Source: Bordetella parapertussis (lineage in GTDB: Bacteria; Pseudomonadota; Gammaproteobacteria; Burkholderiales; SG8-39). From it: 64,000 bases of DNA. Shown here piece by piece: positions 1 through 8,623 of the stretch. Under the pieces are notes generated by a model, which was given only the letters and a program-made list of their open reading frames with translations, had not been told where the DNA came from and did no database searches. Every line of letters begins with the position of its first letter. Position 1 is the stretch's first letter. The translations under genes and the position numbers were made by a program. The stretch covers positions 4,842 through 68,841 of the forward strand of contig CAMDFL010000001.1 in NCBI GenBank assembly GCA_945897475.1, read 5' to 3'.

Positions 1-617
1 TCCCCTTGCGTCAAGCCAAACAGGAGGATTTCACTGAAATGGAGGGGTAATTGCCCTCTACTCCATGCTTAGCCGAATGGCAAAGTATGGGATAAATGAG
101 GTATCAACTTTCATCGAAGGATGTCGATAAACACTTAACAACTCCATTTTTATGGCCAAGGCAACTTTCAGCATAAAGAATCTGATCGAACTGTTGACCG
201 AAATATCTGCTGTTGTGCGTGCCCCTCGTCGGGTGTGCCTGATGCAGACGGGATACAGCACACTGAACCCGTTGTTTGAGGGTTGTCTTGCCCATAGTGA
301 TGAAGCGCAGATAATTTATAGGAATATCGTGGCAGTTGTACATTAAGGAAGCGGGGTTTCGCATGCTGCAAAGATTGCATCTTGCTTGCCGTTTTTATGT
401 CGATCTTCACTACTCTTGGCATTTGGCTTGGCACAAAGCCGCACTCAGGAAGCGGATTGCCTTTTAAGAACGCTGCGCGTTAGGCTCCGGTTTTAATTGC
501 CTCAAGAGGCTCGGCTGTTGTCTGGAAACGGGTTCCAGCCGACGCCACCGCCCCGGGCAGCGGTGCCCTCGCTGCGCGCGCTTTCATTTTTTACGACGCA
601 TGATTTACTCGCTATTT

Positions 618-1247
618 TTATTCGCAAGCGTTGAATTTTCTCGCCTGACAATCCGTCGCGAGTTTTTTGGCTTCTCCGATTTGTTGTGGGGATAGGCGTT
701 TAGAAAGAGTATTGATCTCATTGGCACTGGCATTCAGTTGAGCAACACTAACGCTGAACCACATAAGCGCTCGGATATCGTCTTTAAGGACGCCGTAGCC
801 ATCCCGGTACATTACCCCAAGGGCATACTGCGAAAGTGCGTGACCCGCCTGCGCGAGTGGCGCCCAAAGTTTTATTGCACTCGTGTAGTCTTTTTTGAGT
901 GCCGCTGCCATGCCATCTTGATAAGCCTTGGCAGTTTTAGGATCGTCTTGCTGGGGAGGTAATCCTTGGTTGTTAGTTGGATCGCTGGCTATCGAGCCTT
1001 TTTCAGCCAGGCTTTGCAGTAAAAACAATGCTGCCAAATAGTCTTGCTTGCTGGCTGCTTCGGTGGCTTTTTGATAATTATTTTCCTTAGTGGGATTTTG
1101 TTTTGCACCCATCTGCGCCAAAGGCAGCCACAGCCTATATGCGCTGGCGTAATCCTTCGAGATAGCAGCAGCCAACCCATCTTCATACGGTCCAGCCACT
1201 GCATTACCGAAAAGCAGGCACAGCGACACGAACGACAATCTTTTCAT
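618..1247 (-). CDS. Secreted Sel1-like (SLR/TPR-type) repeat protein
   Basis: 209-aa ORF with a signal-peptide-like N-terminus (MKRLSFVSLCLLFGNAVAG). It has repeated 'KDY.SA..LW.PLAQ.G' units and a C-terminal 'SQYALGVMYRDGYGVLKDDIRALMWF' typical of Sel1 repeats. Confidence 0.7.
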   Translation of the reverse strand: MKRLSFVSLCLLFGNAVAGPYEDGLAAAISKDYASAYRLWLPLAQMGAKQNPTKENNYQKATEAASKQDYLAALFLLQSLAEKGSIASDPTNNQGLPPQQDDPKTAKAYQDGMAAALKKDYTSAIKLWAPLAQAGHALSQYALGVMYRDGYGVLKDDIRALMWFSVSVAQLNASANEINTLSKRLSPQQIGEAKKLATDCQARKFNACE

Positions 1248-1572
1248 CTCAAAATCCCTCAGATCCTGGCGGCAGGTAAATTTTATGGCTGCCCGTTAAA
1301 AAATAGCTTGGTGTGTTTGTTGCGGGGCTTACCCCGGGTGAATTCGTCGGTCTGTTAATCCAGTAATCCAGTGTAGACGCAAGAAAGAATAAAGTGCTGC
1401 AGAAACTGTAAACCAAACCGGGGGCCTCAACCAACACAAGTGCGGCATGATGCGGATAAGAGGCTTTTTACCCCAAAGCGACGTTTTGCCCCATCAATAC
1501 CTCGGGGTGGTGTTTCAGCGCGCCGGCCATACTACAATTTGAGCCCGGTATTGCCTTTGCTGGCCCAAAATA

Positions 1573-3249
1573 ATGCTGATCAATGTACTCAAGCGCGTGC
1601 TTCGCTCGCTGATCGAACGCGGCAAACCACGCAGCGCTCCGGCCGTGCCAGCGGAGATTTTGACCGCAGAGCTGCCAGGCCTCCTCGATCAGGCGCGCTT
1701 TGCCCACCGTAACGGCAACTTGGATGAGGCCTTGCGCGCCTATGAATGCGCCTTAAAACTCATATCACCCGCGCAGACGCAAGCTCGCTCGGCCGTGGTG
1801 GTGAACATGGGGGTCATCCTGCGCGAGCAGGTTCGATTGCCGCAGGCTATCGCTTGTCTGCGCGAAGCCATAGTCATTTGTCCGCGAGTGGCCATCGCAC
1901 ATTACAACCTTGGTCTGATTTTGTACGAGATGGGCGAGTCCAGTGAAGCTGAGGTCGAGTTGAATGCCGCCATCGAAATCGCGCCGGATTTTCAGGCGGC
2001 CCACAGCACACTGCTTTGCCTGTATGGCCTCACCCGAAGTGAAAATCCCGAACGCGTTCTGGCGCAACACCGTCGTTGGGCCGAGAAATTCGCCGATCCG
2101 CTGACGTCGATGGCGCCCGCGCATGCCAATGACCGATCGATCGATCGACGGCTCACCGTGGGATATGTATCGGCGGACTTCAAGGAACATTCAGTGGCGC
2201 GTTTTATCAGTCCGATTCTCGCCAATCATGACCGTGCCCGGTTCCGCGTGATCTGTTATGACAACTGGGCTGATGGCGATGCGACTACCGAACGCCTGCG
2301 CGGCTACGCGGATACCTGGAGAAAGATCGATGCTCTCGATGACGAGAATGCCGCCCAACTGGTGCGTGACGATGGCGTCGATATTCTTGTGGATCTTTCC
2401 GGCCACACCACCGGCAATCGCCTGTTGATGTTCGCTCGCAAACCGGCTCCGGTACAGGCGAGCTGGATGGGTTACATGTGCACTACCGGCATGCTGGCCA
2501 TGGATTGGCGCATTACCGACGCGAATCTCGATCCACCAGATGCAAGCGATAGCTGGTACGCCGAGCGCCTGATGCGCATCGGCTGCGCGGTTGCGTTCGA
2601 GCCCCATCCCCACAGCCCGGCGGTCAATGAGTTGCCTGCGCTCCAAAAAGGATTCGTGAGGTTTGGGTCATTCAATAACTACACCAAGATTGGTGACCAG
2701 GTGATAAGTCTGTGGAGTCGCGTGCTCGCCGCGCTGCCGCAATCCAGATTGATGCTGGTATCCCTTGGCGGCGATGATCCGCAGATCAAGGCGGCGATCG
2801 CTGCGCGTTTCGAACGCCTGACTTCGACGCCAGGCGTATCAAACAGAGTCGAGGTCATTGGGCGTCGCTCACCTGAGGATTTTCTGCGCATGTTTCACCA
2901 GGTGGACATCGCCTTGGATCCATTCCCCTATAGCGGAGGGACCACCAGCCTGCATACACTATGGATGGGGGTGCCGATTGTTGCTATCGAGGGAAGTACG
3001 GAATTGTCCCGAAGCACCAGCGGCATGCTCAAGGGGTGTGGGCTTCACGATTTAGTCGCTTATGGCGAGGAGGAGTACTTGAGCATCTCGATCGCGTTGG
3101 CCGCCGATCTTGGCCGGCTTGCCGAGCTTCGCGCAACGATCAGGCAGCGTCTCGCGCAGACTGCGCTCGGTAATGGAGCGCTGGTAACGCGCGAGCTTGA
3201 AGACGCGTATCGCATGATGTGGGCAGATTTTGTGCGCAGTGCTGGGTGA
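1573..3249 (+). CDS. TPR-repeat / GT41 (SPINDLY-OGT-like) glycosyltransferase
   Basis: 558-aa ORF with ATG at 1573. The N-terminus carries TPR-like repeats (LDEALRAYECALKL..., HYNLGLILYEMGESSEAEVELNAAIEIAPDF). The C-terminal domain has VGYVSADFKEHSV, DILVDLSGHTTGNR, RFGSFNNYTKI and LDPFPYSGGTTSLHTLWMGVPIVA, as in bacterial OGT-like GT41 proteins. Confidence 0.8.
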   Translation: MLINVLKRVLRSLIERGKPRSAPAVPAEILTAELPGLLDQARFAHRNGNLDEALRAYECALKLISPAQTQARSAVVVNMGVILREQVRLPQAIACLREAIVICPRVAIAHYNLGLILYEMGESSEAEVELNAAIEIAPDFQAAHSTLLCLYGLTRSENPERVLAQHRRWAEKFADPLTSMAPAHANDRSIDRRLTVGYVSADFKEHSVARFISPILANHDRARFRVICYDNWADGDATTERLRGYADTWRKIDALDDENAAQLVRDDGVDILVDLSGHTTGNRLLMFARKPAPVQASWMGYMCTTGMLAMDWRITDANLDPPDASDSWYAERLMRIGCAVAFEPHPHSPAVNELPALQKGFVRFGSFNNYTKIGDQVISLWSRVLAALPQSRLMLVSLGGDDPQIKAAIAARFERLTSTPGVSNRVEVIGRRSPEDFLRMFHQVDIALDPFPYSGGTTSLHTLWMGVPIVAIEGSTELSRSTSGMLKGCGLHDLVAYGEEEYLSISIALAADLGRLAELRATIRQRLAQTALGNGALVTRELEDAYRMMWADFVRSAG

Positions 3250-3382
3250 CCGGCAGGTAAAACGAGATGGCTGAGTCGTGCGTAGAAAATGTTTGGCTTA
3301 AAGCCCTGCGGGCGCAAATGGCGCAGGCTAGAATGCTCGTGATTTAGGTTGCTTACGCGCGTATCAGGGAGAATTAAAAAGA

Positions 3383-3619
3383 ATGGCTGATCTCGAAAGC
3401 TTTATCGTCAATTTCACCAATGCGGTGGATTTTCAAGAGCAGGTTGAAATGCGCGGCGACACCGTTCTTGCCGAACTGCCCGAATGGGATTCGCTCGCCG
3501 CGCTCGGGGCGATCATCATGTTCGATACCGACTACGGCTTGACCATAACCGGTAATGACTTGAGAAACTGTGCGACGGTCCATGACCTGTTCGTTTTGAT
3601 TCAAACCAAGGCGAAGTAG
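3383..3619 (+). CDS. Acyl carrier protein (stand-alone, non-FAS type)
   Basis: 78-aa acidic ORF with GGGAG about 11 nt upstream of the ATG. 'EWDSLAAL' contains the DSL phosphopantetheine-attachment motif. Confidence 0.8.
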   Translation: MADLESFIVNFTNAVDFQEQVEMRGDTVLAELPEWDSLAALGAIIMFDTDYGLTITGNDLRNCATVHDLFVLIQTKAK

Positions 3620-3625
3620 GCTGCT

Positions 3626-4660
3626 ATGGCGTTATCGAGCATACAAAACGTCCGGTACCGCGGCGTGGTTTCGTGCGTGCCAAAATCCATCATTTCAAAT
3701 CTTGACTGCCCGCCCGAGAAAAGATCGGAGCGCGAGCGCCTGGTTCGCAATATAGGCATCGAGCAGCGCCGTATCTGCTACCCATGGCAATATTTCTCCG
3801 ATCTGGCGGTGGCCGCTGCGGAAAAGCTCCTCGGCGAGCTCAAGTGGGCGCGCGAGGAGGTCGATGCGCTTATCGTCGTAACCCAGTCCCCCGATTACCT
3901 CATCCCTGCCACCGCGATCATTATTCAGGACCGTCTCAAGTTAAAAACCTCGATTCCGGCCTTCGATATCAACCTGGGCTGCTCCGGGTATCCGTATGGC
4001 TTGTATGTGCTTGGGTCCATGATGTCCTCCGGCGCAATTAAAAAAGGCCTGGTGCTGATCGGCGATAAATGCGCGGTGCTGACCGAGCCGCTGTTTTCCG
4101 ACTGCGGTACGGCGACGGCGCTCGAATACGACCCGACTGCGCCACCGATGCACTTCGACCTCAACAGCGACGGCAGCGGCTACCGCGCCATCATTCTTCC
4201 GATCGGCGGGCATCGCGCGCCAACCGAAATCCATCACCTGATCCCGCTTTTGGACGAGAGCGGCGAGCGGCGTCGTGCCGCAGACCTGGTCCTGGATGGA
4301 GCAGCGGTGTTGAATTTCTCGATATCGCGGGTGCCGCCCGCGGTAAGAGAGGTGTGCGAGGCTACTGGCACGTCGCTCGCCGATATCGACTTTCTGGTGT
4401 TCCACCAGGCCAATCGCATGATCAACGAGACCATCCGCAAGAAGCTGGGCTTGACCCCGGACAAGGTGCCCTCCACTCTGGCGGACTTCGGCAACACCAG
4501 TTCGGCATCAATTCCGCTGACCATGACCACGCGCCTCCGCGAGCAACTTGGCGCCGAGCGCAAGCGCCTGCTGCTGTGCGGCTTCGGCATTGGGCTCTCA
4601 TGGGCCACCTGCATCCTGGAGACCGACCGCATCTGCATACCCGAATTACTGGAAATATGA
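3626..4660 (+). CDS. 3-oxoacyl-ACP synthase III (KAS III / FabH-like)
   Basis: 344 aa. The Cys-His-Asn triad contexts are present: 'INLGCSGYPYG', 'VFHQANRMI' and 'FGNTSSASIPL'. The gene starts 6 nt after the ACP stop. Confidence 0.9.
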   Translation: MALSSIQNVRYRGVVSCVPKSIISNLDCPPEKRSERERLVRNIGIEQRRICYPWQYFSDLAVAAAEKLLGELKWAREEVDALIVVTQSPDYLIPATAIIIQDRLKLKTSIPAFDINLGCSGYPYGLYVLGSMMSSGAIKKGLVLIGDKCAVLTEPLFSDCGTATALEYDPTAPPMHFDLNSDGSGYRAIILPIGGHRAPTEIHHLIPLLDESGERRRAADLVLDGAAVLNFSISRVPPAVREVCEATGTSLADIDFLVFHQANRMINETIRKKLGLTPDKVPSTLADFGNTSSASIPLTMTTRLREQLGAERKRLLLCGFGIGLSWATCILETDRICIPELLEI

Positions 4661-5412
4661 ACACGGATCCATTCAGCCTCGAAGGCAAGCGCATTTTGGT
4701 AACCGGCGCCTCATCGGGGATTGGAAGGCAGGTGGCGGTCTCATGCGCGGCGATGGGAGCGACGCTGGTCATTACGGGGCGAAATGAAGCACGCCTTCAA
4801 GAGACTTTTCTGCAACTGGAAGGCGCCGGGCATACGACCGTAACGGCCGATTTATGCGCGGCTGAAGAGCGCGCCCGCCTAGCCGACGCCGCGCTCGCCA
4901 TCAATGGCGTCGCGCATTGCGCCGGCATCACCGCGATCGTTCCTTTCAGGATGATTGCCGAGAAGCACATGAATGAAATGTTCGACACCAATTTTCGCGC
5001 GCCGATTCTGCTGACGCAGCGTCTGGTGGCAAAAAAGCAAGTGTTACCCGGCGGTTCCATCGTATTCATCGCAGCGACCGCCGCGCTGATAGGGCCGACC
5101 GCGACCGGCATGTATGCCGCGAGCAAGGCGGCGCTGATCTCCGCCGCCCGCGTGCTTGCGCTCGAATTGGGCGCGAAGCAGAAAATCAGGGTGAATTGCG
5201 TCGCACCCGGCTATACGCGTACCCCGATGCTGGAAGGCTTTGACAGCCAGGGGACGTCTATGCAGGCCAACTATGCGCTTGCGCCGCTGGGACTTGGGGA
5301 GCCTGCCGATGTCGCCAACGCAGTTGTTTTTTTTCTGTCGGACGCGAGCCGCTGGATTACCCGGGCCACCTTCGCGGTTGACGGCGGCCTGACTTCCCGA
5401 GTCAGCTGTTGA
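4657..5412 (+). CDS. Short-chain dehydrogenase/reductase (FabG-like)
   Basis: An in-frame ATG at 4657 overlaps the KAS III stop (ATGA). Motifs are 'ILVTGASSGIGRQV' (TGxxxGxG) and 'MYAASKAAL' (YxxxK). The longer 4069 ORF start lies out of frame inside KAS III and is rejected. Confidence 0.85.
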   Translation: MNTDPFSLEGKRILVTGASSGIGRQVAVSCAAMGATLVITGRNEARLQETFLQLEGAGHTTVTADLCAAEERARLADAALAINGVAHCAGITAIVPFRMIAEKHMNEMFDTNFRAPILLTQRLVAKKQVLPGGSIVFIAATAALIGPTATGMYAASKAALISAARVLALELGAKQKIRVNCVAPGYTRTPMLEGFDSQGTSMQANYALAPLGLGEPADVANAVVFFLSDASRWITRATFAVDGGLTSRVSC

Positions 5413-5419
5413 GGGGAGC

Positions 5420-6169
5420 ATGAATAGCAAGCACCCTTTTAGGCTGGACGGCAAAACCATTCTCGTCAGCGGCGCTTCGTCGGGACTCGGTCGCCAAACC
5501 GCGATCAGTTGCTCGCACATGGGCGCCAAACTTTTTATCACCGGGCGGGACAGCGAACGCCTCGCGGTGACCCTAGCCGAGTTGAGCGGGGATGGGCACC
5601 GCGTGGCAGTCGCCGATCTGACCTTGGCAGACGATATCAACCGCCTGGTCGATGAGTGCGGCAAGATAGACGGCGTATTTCACGGCGCCGGGGTGAGGGG
5701 CCTTGCGCCGATAAAACAGATCTCCGAAAAGTTCGTACAACACGTTTTCGCCAGCAATTACTTCGCGCCGATGCTGCTCACACAGCGATTGCTTTCCAAG
5801 AGATCCATTCAGCAAGGCGGGTCCATCGTATTCATGTCGTCCACCGCAGCGCACCTCGGCGTACACGGCGTCGGCGTGTATTCGGGCACCAAAGCTGCGC
5901 TGCTGGCCAGCATGCGCTGCCTGGCGAATGAACAAGGTAGAAATAATATACGTGCGAACTGCCTTTCCCCCGATCTGGTTGAGACGCCCATGGTTGTCAC
6001 CATCGACACTGTGGATACCAAGGAATGGATTGAAATGCAGCGTAATCGCCACCCCTTGGGCCTGGGCGCGCCCGAAGATGTTGCCAATGCCGCCATTTAT
6101 CTGTTGTCAGACGCGAGCCGCTGGGTTACCGGGACAACTCTCATCATGGATGGCGGGGTCACTTTTTAA
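5420..6169 (+). CDS. Short-chain dehydrogenase/reductase (FabG-like, paralogue of the previous gene)
   Basis: 249 aa with 'ILVSGASSGLGRQT' and 'VYSGTKAAL'. It is clearly similar along its length to the 4657-5412 product. Confidence 0.9.
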   Translation: MNSKHPFRLDGKTILVSGASSGLGRQTAISCSHMGAKLFITGRDSERLAVTLAELSGDGHRVAVADLTLADDINRLVDECGKIDGVFHGAGVRGLAPIKQISEKFVQHVFASNYFAPMLLTQRLLSKRSIQQGGSIVFMSSTAAHLGVHGVGVYSGTKAALLASMRCLANEQGRNNIRANCLSPDLVETPMVVTIDTVDTKEWIEMQRNRHPLGLGAPEDVANAAIYLLSDASRWVTGTTLIMDGGVTF

Positions 6170-6180
6170 CGGAGCAGCAA

Positions 6181-6816
6181 ATGGAAAATCTGATCATTGT
6201 CGGCGCAGGCGGTATGGGACGGACCATTTATGCGCAATGTAAAAGCGATGACGCCATAGGACGGGAGTGGCTGGTCAAGGGTTTTCTGGATGATCGATCA
6301 AAAATTCTCGCCGGTTATGGAACCCACGTGGGAATTATCGGCGACCCGCAGACTTATGTGCCCCTGTCAGATGACAGATTTGTCGTCGCGCTGGGAGATC
6401 CCAAGGAAAGAGAACGCTACGCGGCGCCTTTATTGGAGAAGAACGCCAACTGCATCAATCTGCTTACGGAATACACGCGCGGCGACAATGTGGTGCTGGG
6501 CAAAGGCAATATATTCGAGCGCAAGGTCTATTTGTCATCGGATATTCGTATCGATGACTTCGTCATCATCTGCGCTCTCACGATTGTCGGGCATGATGTG
6601 CATATTGGGTCTTACGCCCATATTGGCAGTTTCGTGATGATAGGCGGATGGGTCGATATCGGCCCTGGCGTGACCATCCATCCGCATTCCACCGTCCTGC
6701 CGAAAGTAAAAATCGGCGCGGGCGCCACGGTGGGCGCGGGAAGCGTGGTGATGCGCGACGTGCCACCCGGGGTTACGGTGCTTGGCAATCCCGCGAAAAT
6801 TTTCGAGTTCAAGTAA
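6181..6816 (+). CDS. NeuD/PglD-type sugar N-acyltransferase (left-handed beta-helix, hexapeptide repeats)
   Basis: 211 aa. The N-terminus 'MENLIIVGAGGMGRTIY' is a PglD_N-like Rossmann-ish domain. The C-terminus has hexapeptide repeats (IGSYAHIGSFVMIGGWVDIGPGVTIHP...IGAGATVGAGSVV) and ends 'GNPAKIF'. Confidence 0.85.
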   Translation: MENLIIVGAGGMGRTIYAQCKSDDAIGREWLVKGFLDDRSKILAGYGTHVGIIGDPQTYVPLSDDRFVVALGDPKERERYAAPLLEKNANCINLLTEYTRGDNVVLGKGNIFERKVYLSSDIRIDDFVIICALTIVGHDVHIGSYAHIGSFVMIGGWVDIGPGVTIHPHSTVLPKVKIGAGATVGAGSVVMRDVPPGVTVLGNPAKIFEFK

Positions 6817-6841
6817 GGCAGGCAAGCGCCTCATCGTTCGC

Positions 6842-7960
6842 ATGTTATCCCCCTTGACCCAGCGTGACTATTTCTCGGAAGAGGTTCTCGCCCTAGAGAA
6901 CGAGCGCTTGTTCGGGCGCCTGTGGATATTCGCGGCCCTCAGACAACTGCTGGTGCAACCCAACTCATTCGCAACCCGCACCATAGGCGGTGTGCCGCTG
7001 GTGCTGCAGAATTGCGGTGGCGTTATCAAGGCCTTCGAGAATCAATGTTTGCACCGGCAAATGCCGTTGCAATGGGAGGACTACGGCAAGCGGCCACTGG
7101 TGTGCCGTTACCACGGCTGGAGCTACGACGGAGATGGCGCGCCGAAACATATTCCCGATCGGGAACAGCTCTACCGCTATCCCGAACAGGAGACAGCGGG
7201 CTTGCGTCTTCGCCAATTCGCAGTCGAATCTGTGGGCGAGCTGGTATTTGTCAACCTCGGTAAAAATCCGCCACCCATCGCCGAGCAATTCAGCGAGACC
7301 CTTATTGACAGGCTTGCCGCGGCATCCGCAGCTTTCGACGACGAGGTCATGCATACCCGCATTGCCGCGAATTACAACTGGAAGCTTAATTTCGAGAACG
7401 TGTTGGACGGCAACCATGTCCGTTACTTGCATCCGGCCACCTTCACGCCCTATCTGCAGGCCGCGTCAGAGGCGCGCCAGGGCAATTGGGCCGAGACGCC
7501 GGCGGCAATGGCGCCGGATATTGATAACTGCCGCCTGCAGGACTTGAGCTATGAATCGAAGTCCGGCTTCAAGGTGGTGAAGCGCTTCTGGCATCGCGAC
7601 GTGGCCCGCTTTGGTGGCGACGGTGTTTTTTACACCTTCTCCATTTATCCCAATGTAAATTTCATTTCCGTCGGCGGCTACTATTTTCTTATTCAACAAT
7701 TCAATCCGGTGGCGCCGGGGAAAACCGAAGTCAGCTTATCGCTGATGACGGCCAGGAAACTTCGCCGTATCCCCGCCTCAGCGGCAATATTGTGGGGCAC
7801 CATGCGCGGTGAGAAAGCGGTTCTCGACGAGGACATACGCGCGCTGGAAAAACTCCAGGCAGGCCTGCATGGCGACGGTCGCCCGGCGCGCCATGGCGAT
7901 TATGAGAAACAGCTGATGATGAACCACGTTATTTATCGCAAACTGCTGGCCGCGCCGTGA
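6842..7960 (+). CDS. Rieske [2Fe-2S] non-heme-iron oxygenase, alpha-subunit type (copy 1)
   Basis: Start chosen at ATG 6842 (MLSPLTQRDYF...) by alignment with the paralogue at 8624. The Rieske motif is 'CLHRQ-x14-CRYHGW' (CxH-x16-CxxH). The mononuclear-iron motif is 'ENVLDGNHVRYLH' (Dx2Hx4H). Confidence 0.85.
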   Translation: MLSPLTQRDYFSEEVLALENERLFGRLWIFAALRQLLVQPNSFATRTIGGVPLVLQNCGGVIKAFENQCLHRQMPLQWEDYGKRPLVCRYHGWSYDGDGAPKHIPDREQLYRYPEQETAGLRLRQFAVESVGELVFVNLGKNPPPIAEQFSETLIDRLAAASAAFDDEVMHTRIAANYNWKLNFENVLDGNHVRYLHPATFTPYLQAASEARQGNWAETPAAMAPDIDNCRLQDLSYESKSGFKVVKRFWHRDVARFGGDGVFYTFSIYPNVNFISVGGYYFLIQQFNPVAPGKTEVSLSLMTARKLRRIPASAAILWGTMRGEKAVLDEDIRALEKLQAGLHGDGRPARHGDYEKQLMMNHVIYRKLLAAP

Positions 7961-8580
7961 GTAAAGGGCTGCTGATTATTGGCGCAGGCGACCTGTTCCG
8001 GGGTGTTGCTTTGCAGTTTGTGCGGCAGCAACCGAATCGTAAAATAGAAATACTGGAATTGAAATGGGACGAAGCAGAGGAGCTTCAAAGCGGATTGCTG
8101 GATCTTTATCCCCCCGCTGATTGGGATCTGTTTGCGGCGACTGGAATGGGCGGCATGAATTTCGTCCGTCTCGGCCTTTTCTCGCAGGCAAAGCAGCGAG
8201 GGTTCAAGTGTGAAACATTCATTCACCCAAGCGCGGTGGTCGATCCCAATGCGACGGTCGGGCAAAATTGCTATGTCGGCGAAAACGTCGTGATTGAAGC
8301 CGCCGCACGGATCGACTTTAACGCCGTCATCGGGGCGCGCAGCGTCATCGCATACGGCGCCAAGGTCGGGTCATCTGCCTGGATCGGGGCCAATTGCTTT
8401 CTCGGCGCCGCTTCAAGTGTCGGTTCGCATTGCGTCATCGACGTCGGTGTGATGATCGCGGCGGGCGTGAAGGTCGGGAAATTCTGCAATTTGCAGATTG
8501 CCAGGAACTACTCTGTAGATGTCCCGGATAAGACCTTCCATCACGAAATGTTCGATCAGCCAGTGAGAATCTATGCTTGA
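7957..8580 (+). CDS. Divergent NeuD-like hexapeptide-repeat protein (copy 2)
   Basis: 207 aa. The GTG start overlaps the Rieske stop (GTGA). The N-terminus is 'GLLIIGAGDLF'. The C-terminus has LbH repeats (VGQNCYVGENVVIEAAARIDFNAVIGARSVIAYGAKVGSSAWIGANCFLG...). The GNPAK C-terminal motif of copy 1 is absent and the protein ends 'PVRIYA'. Confidence 0.7.
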   Translation: MSKGLLIIGAGDLFRGVALQFVRQQPNRKIEILELKWDEAEELQSGLLDLYPPADWDLFAATGMGGMNFVRLGLFSQAKQRGFKCETFIHPSAVVDPNATVGQNCYVGENVVIEAAARIDFNAVIGARSVIAYGAKVGSSAWIGANCFLGAASSVGSHCVIDVGVMIAAGVKVGKFCNLQIARNYSVDVPDKTFHHEMFDQPVRIYA

Positions 8581-8623
8581 ACATTTCCTGCGCCAGAACC
8601 GCGCCCGGTAGCGGCCCTTCGAT

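Noticed and set aside
4069-4656. N-terminal 196 codons of the 447-aa ORF 4069-5412
   Set aside because: This part overlaps KAS III in another frame and is Arg/Pro/Ala-rich nonsense. The SDR domain begins at the ATG at 4657, which overlaps the KAS III stop.
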